Positions 6,005-15,867 of a stretch of 15,867 bases of DNA are shown here, one piece after another (the stretch's first letter is position 1; every line of letters starts with the position of its first letter). This DNA comes from Bacteriovoracia bacterium (GTDB taxonomy: Bacteria; Bdellovibrionota; UBA1018; JBFWNL01). The stretch lies in the NCBI GenBank assembly GCA_050251055.1, contig JBFWNL010000017.1, positions 1 to 15,867 of the forward strand. The letters run 5' to 3'. Under the pieces are notes generated by a model, which searched no databases, had not been told where the DNA came from, and saw only the letters and a program-made list of their open reading frames with translations. Made by a program: the position numbers and the translations under genes.

Positions 6005-9000
6005 GTGCACCAAGGCCAGATTTTCAGCGCAGTACTGCTATTTTTGACGAGCGCTAGTGCGCTCGCGTGGCCTCCTGTGTCCTCGCTCTACTCTGACCCC
6101 GCCGAGCGCGACATTCTCCGCACGCTGGAAGCCCAAAAAAATAGGGTCATCCCCGAAGCAGAATCCCCCGCGCTCTACAAAACGATACAAACCGTCTTCA
6201 AAGATCTTTCCGAAGCGAAGGCCCGCCTGACGAGCGACCAGGTCCTCAGCATCGAAAAAGTATTCATTCTAGACAGTGACGACATCAACGCCTTTGTTTA
6301 CTCCCCTTCCGTACCCGGCGATACCGTGCACCGAAACTACGTATTCGTCACGCGGCGAATGATCCACGAAATGGCGGGCGGTGATCCATCGGATCTGAAC
6401 GCTGTGGCGGCTCAACTGATGGTCAAACGCAACGCCGGCATCCTCGCCCACGAAGTCGCCCATCCCATGAACAACCTCGCGAACGCGCTCTCCCATTCCC
6501 AAGCCAAGGAGATCCGCGCCGATTTAGAAGCTTTGCAGATCTTAGACGAAGCCGGCTACCCCGCCGATAGCTTACACGACGCGCTAGAAACGATATATGC
6601 CGCCGACGAGAGAATGACCAAAGCCGGGATCGGCAACCTGGGAGGGGCTTTCTCCAGCACTCATCCGGAGGCGAAAGTCCGGCTAAGCGTTCAACGAATG
6701 GCCATGACCCAAAACCGTTTCCAAACAGGCCGTTTTTCGTCCGCCATGCCTCGCCCCGTACCGCCCGCCTTAACCTCCGAGCTCCGCACTTCCGCCGCCA
6801 TCATTGCCCGACGGAATGCGGAAGCGAAGGCCGCCTTAGAAAAGGCGCGTGCCGCCCCGGCAACTCTACTGGACGCATTTTCGGAAATGGAGAGGATCCT
6901 CCGCGAGTCCGACCAGGACCACCGGATAAAATATAATCGCCTCCTTCTCCAGATCGACGAGATGCTCATTGCGAAGGGGCAGGGGCTTTCTCCCGCCGAG
7001 CAAGAAAAATTCCAGGCGTTCACTCGGTGGATTTCCCAGGATGAAGTCAATTTTCAAAAAATATTTACCGACCCCAAAGAGATCCAAGCGGCGCTCGGGC
7101 GCCCATCGCCCAGCCACTTTCAACTCGTAGAAAATATCCCGGCGATGCAGACCCCTAGCTACTTCACTTACGTCCGGGAGAAAATTATTGCCGATATCCC
7201 AAAAAGTAAGCAGGATTCGGTCGCCAAGCCTCTGCTTGCGCGTTTGACCAAGGTCGTGCCAGACCGCGCGATTTGGACGGAGTTTCGCCAAGATCTGGGT
7301 GAAGCTATCCTGCGTGACATGCGGGCCGTGCCCAACATTTCTATTTTCTATGCGAGGTTACTAGCGGACCTCACGCCAGAACATCGGCTCAAAGTAGCGC
7401 AAATTTTCTACACCGACGTCCTGCCGAAGCTCTCAATGCTCGAACGCGTTCGCTTTTTGACCAATCTCTCTGGCGACTTCTACGATCCTACCTTTTTCCG
7501 AAAGCCAACCGCGCCCACCGCAAAAACCCGTGACGAAATCGCGAAAACCCACCGCCTTCTCGCCCAGAATCCGAAGTCCACCCGTGAAATCGCCCAGCAC
7601 ATCTGGGACAACCGGGGAGCGCACGCGGCGGCGGAGGTCACCTCCACGTTCAAAGCTACCCGCATTGACTGGGATCTCGTTTTCCAAACGCTGGGAATCA
7701 ATCCGCAAACGGGCCGGCGAGAACTCAATCAGGCCGTCAAAGCATATACCCAAACGGACGCCTACACCGAACTACTCGTTTGGTATCGCGACGAAATACA
7801 AGCAAACGCCGAGGCATACGCGCGAGGCCTTGCGCCCCGCTGGGCGGATCGCGACCTAGCCCCCCATCTAAGCGGGGACTTCAACCCGCGCATAAAAGCC
7901 GATCCCAGCTTACATACGCTCGCCACCCGTTACATGGCGGGTAACTATACTTTGTCCGTCGAAGGACTGTTCCGCCAAACCTACGGCGAGCGCCTGACCG
8001 AAGCCATTCGCGCGCTTCCCCCGGGTTCCTTCGACCTGCCGACGCTCACCCGAATTCATTCCGGAATCATCGAGAACTTAATCGGCAAGCTGCCCGAGAC
8101 CGACGCCGAGCCCCTCTGTGACATCCAGGCCAAGGCCATTCGAAGCACGCCGCTGCCGGCTGACGCCAAGCAGAAACTCTTGCGACAGATCTTTATTGAT
8201 TCCCCTCCCGTTGGGACGACCGTTCCTGGTCTGTTCTCTCGCACGGGCGATCAGGCCGGCTGGTTAAGAAACGGAGTTTCCGACGAACCCGCCCGGCAAA
8301 CGATACGACTGCTAGTCGACTCTGGCATCGGGAAGTCCACGATCGATATCCTGAACCAAGCGCGCTTCGGCCCCGCCCGGGCCGCCGGCAAAAACGAATG
8401 GAGCCATACAGACCTGCTGGAGCGCTTTCACAAGGACATCATCGCCGACATCCGCAAGGCATCCACACCGGCGGAGCTGCAAAATGCCGCCGACGCTTTA
8501 TTCAAGACTGCCGCCGACGACCGAAAGCCTCATCTCAATACCCGCCTGATCCGGCAAATCAAGGCCGCTTTCGGGGAATCCGCGCTATCCCTGAGGTTGG
8601 ATCCCGACGAGGCGCTTCGGCTCTTCGAGCGGCTGACCGAGTCCGGCGCGTCCGCGGAAACCGATGCCTTCTTCGAAAAACTAGTGGCGCGTTCCTTCGC
8701 CGGTCCCTTGGACGCCACCCGGGCGCGTAGGCTCGACCAGGTGCTCGCTACGGCCCGGCTCCGTGACCAAGGCACCCAAATCCAGCTCACCCGCCGGCTG
8801 ATCGACGCCCAGCTCGGTGAACAGGCGCTCGAGGCGATGACCACCGAGCGCGCCGTAAATCTATTGGCGCTGGTCGACCGGTACGTGCCGAAAGCCAGTG
8901 GGGCCCGCGATACGTATCTGGAGGAACTGGCCTGGAAGATCTCCATCCGCGACCCCCGCTTGCTCCGGCATATCGAATCGTTGAAAAGCACCAACTGGAC

Positions 9001-10732
9001 GAAAATCAATCCGCTCCTCGTGAACTTCGCTTCTTCCGTCAGCGAAGGCATGCACGACCTCCCGCCCGCCACGATCGACGACCTCATCGACTACTTCATC
9101 GACCCCCATGGGCAGCCCCTGCCTGACTCCGTGCTAACCTGGCTACGCGCCCAAGCCACGGACGCCTTCCGTCGGAACTTTCCCAACCCCAATCGCGCGA
9201 CCTTGGCGACGCGGGATAAGTTCCTCGCGGACCAATTAGACAACTTGAAACTCAAGCTCGAAACGTTCGCCTTGGATGCCCAGCCCGAAGAAAGAATTCC
9301 GATTCTCGAGTCCCTACTGAACGCGGGCAAGCAACCCTACGCCAAAGCTCCGGGCTTTCCCGAGAACGTCATCACCAAACTCCTGAAGTTGTCCCCGGAT
9401 TCTTCGGAAGCGAAAACCCTCCGCGCCTACTTGCGCTCCGCCCCCCCCCACGAACACTCGACCACGCTTTCTTACCTCTTAAGCATGCGGGGCCAGGACA
9501 AAAGTACCGTACGTAGCATCTTCGAGGCATTCGGGCCTCCGGGAAAGAAAGGGGCGCAGTTCGCCTCCGTATGGGAGCTGCTCGATGCCCGCTATCGGAA
9601 AGAACTCGAAGCCGTAAAGGACCGGGCTAAGGCGCTAACCAAGTCCGAAGTGGAGGAAATTCTCGCCAAAACGCTCACCCAGGAAGAGCTGACCAAAATC
9701 AGGAAAGTGGAACGAGTGGTGGGCAGCGCCAGCATTAAGACCGCCGTCTTGGTGGAGCTACACGACGGCCGGAAGGCAGTGGCTTTTCTGCAATCTCCGC
9801 ACGCCGAGCTCCAGATCAAAACCAACCTGGAATTCGCCCAGAAATTCCTCCAAGAACTCCAAAAAGAAGGCCTCCAGTCAGAATCCACCCTGGTCTCCCA
9901 GTTCATCGATGAAATCCGCGCCGTAATGCTGGAAGAACTCGACATGACCAAGGAAGCCGCCCGGATCCGTGAAGCACAGGCCTTCTACCACGGCCTTAAC
10001 TCCGATCCGAAAATAAAAAAGACCCTGGGCGAATGGCGCTTTGAAGTTCCGGGCGTGGTATCCGACTTCAAGGAACGTCAAAACCTGATCTTCGTCGACT
10101 ACGTCGATGGCGTGGGATTCGACGCGCTTCCCGAAGGCGTGGCCAAGGCGCAGGCTGGCGAATCCGTCGTCCACTCCACCCTCCGCGGAATCTTCGGTCG
10201 AGGCTGGTTCGATCGTGATCGGCACAAAGGCAATAACCGCTTCAACTACGGGCGCCGGGTCATCCATCCCATCGACTTTGGACAGGCGGCCACGCTCGAT
10301 AACCTTCGTTCTCCTTTCAGCGCAGATGACCGCTACCTATTCGCCCAGTTCTCCAGAGCCGTCGACGAGAAGAACGCCACCGCCGTCGTCGACTTCGGGC
10401 TTCGCATTGGAACGAAAAGCAACGCCCCCTCGGCTGATCGGACCGCACTCGAAACCGCGCTTCGCCAAGTGCTCGGCCAAGAAACAAACATGAAGCGGAC
10501 GTACGTGCAGATCTTGGAAACATTTTCAAAACATGGTCACCCCATCGACTCAAAATTCTCGTTTGGCGTCATGAAAGCCCTGATGATCCTGTACGGTGAA
10601 AACTACGCGACCCCCGAAGGGTTCAGGACATTGATGTCCGGCGAAATACGCTCAACTCTCGTCGGAAAGCTACCGCAATTGATCAAAGACGAAGGCGTGG
10701 GCGCCTGTATTAGGCGGATCCTGGGACGGTAA
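6005..10732 (+). CDS. Large secreted fusion protein (~1575 aa): M48-family Zn metallopeptidase, long helical region, ABC1/UbiB/AarF-type atypical kinase
   Basis: The likely start is GTG 6005 (GAGGGGGAG Shine-Dalgarno; signal peptide MHQGQIFSAVLLFLTSASALA/W). M48 motifs: DINAFV, GILAHEVAH (HEVAH at 6449-6463), EIRAD..A..IL..AGY, STHP...R. UbiB-like motifs: GPPGKKGAQ, GSASIKT, ELDMTKEA, DYVDG, GWFDRDRHKGN, IDFG. Confidence 0.9.
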   Translation: MHQGQIFSAVLLFLTSASALAWPPVSSLYSDPAERDILRTLEAQKNRVIPEAESPALYKTIQTVFKDLSEAKARLTSDQVLSIEKVFILDSDDINAFVYSPSVPGDTVHRNYVFVTRRMIHEMAGGDPSDLNAVAAQLMVKRNAGILAHEVAHPMNNLANALSHSQAKEIRADLEALQILDEAGYPADSLHDALETIYAADERMTKAGIGNLGGAFSSTHPEAKVRLSVQRMAMTQNRFQTGRFSSAMPRPVPPALTSELRTSAAIIARRNAEAKAALEKARAAPATLLDAFSEMERILRESDQDHRIKYNRLLLQIDEMLIAKGQGLSPAEQEKFQAFTRWISQDEVNFQKIFTDPKEIQAALGRPSPSHFQLVENIPAMQTPSYFTYVREKIIADIPKSKQDSVAKPLLARLTKVVPDRAIWTEFRQDLGEAILRDMRAVPNISIFYARLLADLTPEHRLKVAQIFYTDVLPKLSMLERVRFLTNLSGDFYDPTFFRKPTAPTAKTRDEIAKTHRLLAQNPKSTREIAQHIWDNRGAHAAAEVTSTFKATRIDWDLVFQTLGINPQTGRRELNQAVKAYTQTDAYTELLVWYRDEIQANAEAYARGLAPRWADRDLAPHLSGDFNPRIKADPSLHTLATRYMAGNYTLSVEGLFRQTYGERLTEAIRALPPGSFDLPTLTRIHSGIIENLIGKLPETDAEPLCDIQAKAIRSTPLPADAKQKLLRQIFIDSPPVGTTVPGLFSRTGDQAGWLRNGVSDEPARQTIRLLVDSGIGKSTIDILNQARFGPARAAGKNEWSHTDLLERFHKDIIADIRKASTPAELQNAADALFKTAADDRKPHLNTRLIRQIKAAFGESALSLRLDPDEALRLFERLTESGASAETDAFFEKLVARSFAGPLDATRARRLDQVLATARLRDQGTQIQLTRRLIDAQLGEQALEAMTTERAVNLLALVDRYVPKASGARDTYLEELAWKISIRDPRLLRHIESLKSTNWTKINPLLVNFASSVSEGMHDLPPATIDDLIDYFIDPHGQPLPDSVLTWLRAQATDAFRRNFPNPNRATLATRDKFLADQLDNLKLKLETFALDAQPEERIPILESLLNAGKQPYAKAPGFPENVITKLLKLSPDSSEAKTLRAYLRSAPPHEHSTTLSYLLSMRGQDKSTVRSIFEAFGPPGKKGAQFASVWELLDARYRKELEAVKDRAKALTKSEVEEILAKTLTQEELTKIRKVERVVGSASIKTAVLVELHDGRKAVAFLQSPHAELQIKTNLEFAQKFLQELQKEGLQSESTLVSQFIDEIRAVMLEELDMTKEAARIREAQAFYHGLNSDPKIKKTLGEWRFEVPGVVSDFKERQNLIFVDYVDGVGFDALPEGVAKAQAGESVVHSTLRGIFGRGWFDRDRHKGNNRFNYGRRVIHPIDFGQAATLDNLRSPFSADDRYLFAQFSRAVDEKNATAVVDFGLRIGTKSNAPSADRTALETALRQVLGQETNMKRTYVQILETFSKHGHPIDSKFSFGVMKALMILYGENYATPEGFRTLMSGEIRSTLVGKLPQLIKDEGVGACIRRILGR

Positions 10733-10753
10733 TACCCGCGCGAGCAAGGGACC

Positions 10754-10795
10754 AAAGCAAAAAAGCCCCGATCTAGTTTTACCTAAATCGGGGCT
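10754..10795 (-). terminator. Rho-independent terminator of the rRNA operon
   Basis: Stem AGCCCCGAT/ATCGGGGCT (10764-10772 and 10787-10795), followed on the minus strand by TTTTTGCTTT, just downstream of the 5S gene. Confidence 0.85.
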
Positions 10796-10806
10796 GAGTA
10801 ATTTAA

Positions 10807-10924
10807 TGGGGGCATCGCGCTAGTCTAACACCGAGTTTCCTCGGCACTACATTCGCCGCAGAGGAGCTTAACTTCTGAGTTCGGAATGGGATCAGGTGGA
10901 ACCTCCTCGCCATCGACACCCCCA
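10807..10924 (-). rRNA. rrf: 5S rRNA
   Basis: Minus strand TGGGGGTGTCG...CCACCTGATCCCATTCCGAACTCAGAAGTTAAGC...CGATGCCCCCA; conserved CCGAAC loop C, paired termini, about 118 nt. Confidence 0.95.
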
Positions 10925-11079
10925 AACTTTATAAAATTTGGGAGATCTTTAGCACTGAACAGAGTGATGTTAGGTTTATCGTTCAAGATATTTTCGAACT
11001 AAGTAATGTTGCGAATCGACTATATTCGATTCCTAACTCACAGAACTTTCAGGGTTCTGAGAATAGGGAAGAATAAGAA

Positions 11080-14061
<2,982 letters not shown>

Positions 14062-14316
14062 GCTACTTCACTCTCCAATTTCGATTTCTCGAAGCTGAAT
14101 CATGAAGCACTTATTCTTCGCCTATTCGCAGAACCCTGAAATACTTTTGATATGCTCCGTTTAACTTGAGCTCATCATCGGCACTTCAGGTTTATATTAC
14201 GTGTTCTCTATTTTGCTATACTTGAGAGACTCCAGAAACTTAGACCCTCGCTTCGATTGCTCGAAGCTTAGTCAGTAGTTTCATAAATCATAATTAATCA
14301 ATATCACTCTATTCAA

Positions 14317-14328
14317 TTGTCAAAGATC
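14317..14328 (-). promoter_or_regulatory. boxA-like antitermination element in the 16S-23S spacer
   Basis: Minus strand GATCTTTGACAA resembles the rrn boxA GCTCTTTAACAA and lies downstream of the spacer tRNA, as usual. Confidence 0.7.
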
Positions 14329-14436
14329 TCCAACTCGCGCCGACTTTGTTAATGCATCGTCACGAGTCCAAATCGCCGAAGCGATCCGCAAACTTGTAAG
14401 GAGAAGAGGAATTTTCCGAGCTCGAGATCCAATAAA

Positions 14437-14513
<77 letters not shown>

Positions 14514-14655
14514 TTCCCACGGCTCAGGGTCCAATTCCTCTTGAGATGAATTCCTTGGTTGAAAAAGCGGACGTATTCTCGTTTCGGTTACGCTTGCGCG
14601 CACGACGAAACGTCTAGACCTAGTGAGCTGGACAACCGATTACTCGGCGTCAGTG

Positions 14656-15867
<1,212 letters not shown>

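Noticed and set aside
2070-10553. Short overlapping or antisense ORFs inside carD, Omp85, the lipoprotein, TIGR02147 and the protease-kinase gene
   Set aside because: They are fully nested in better-supported genes, show no motifs, and are expected by chance in GC-rich DNA.
9500-10732. Calling the large gene ubiB
   Set aside because: The signal peptide, protease fusion, altered motifs and absence of ubiE/ubiJ neighbours argue against it being the ubiquinone-biosynthesis ortholog.
10754-10806. Terminator as bidirectional for the protease-kinase gene
   Set aside because: The U-tract is clear only on the minus strand; the plus strand continues GAGTAATTT, so plus-strand termination is unsupported.

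Overview
Bacterial chromosomal window, probably from a Bdellovibrionota/Oligoflexia-like organism. That placement is an inference from a TIGR02147-type gene, a Deltaproteobacteria-type 16S and a large orphan secreted protein. The left 10.7 kb holds seven protein genes. (1) A truncated secreted protein missed by the ORF track (minus strand, start 1346) with coiled coils, 12 Cys and a GPFGG glycine-rich repeat. (2) A 38-aa, 50% Lys/Arg microprotein, also missed by the track. (3) A divergent CarD/CdnL-family regulator. (4) A POTRA-less Omp85/BamA-TamA barrel. (5-6) A translationally coupled TIGR02147-family HTH gene and lipoprotein gene. (7) A ~1575-aa signal-peptide protein fusing an M48 zinc peptidase to an ABC1/UbiB-type atypical kinase. 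The kinase lacks the canonical beta3 lysine but has a Lys in the ATP loop, as in WNK kinases; this gene is the most striking feature. The right 5.1 kb is a minus-strand rRNA operon (partial 16S, tRNA-Ile, 23S, 5S, terminator) with long-range processing stems around the 23S.
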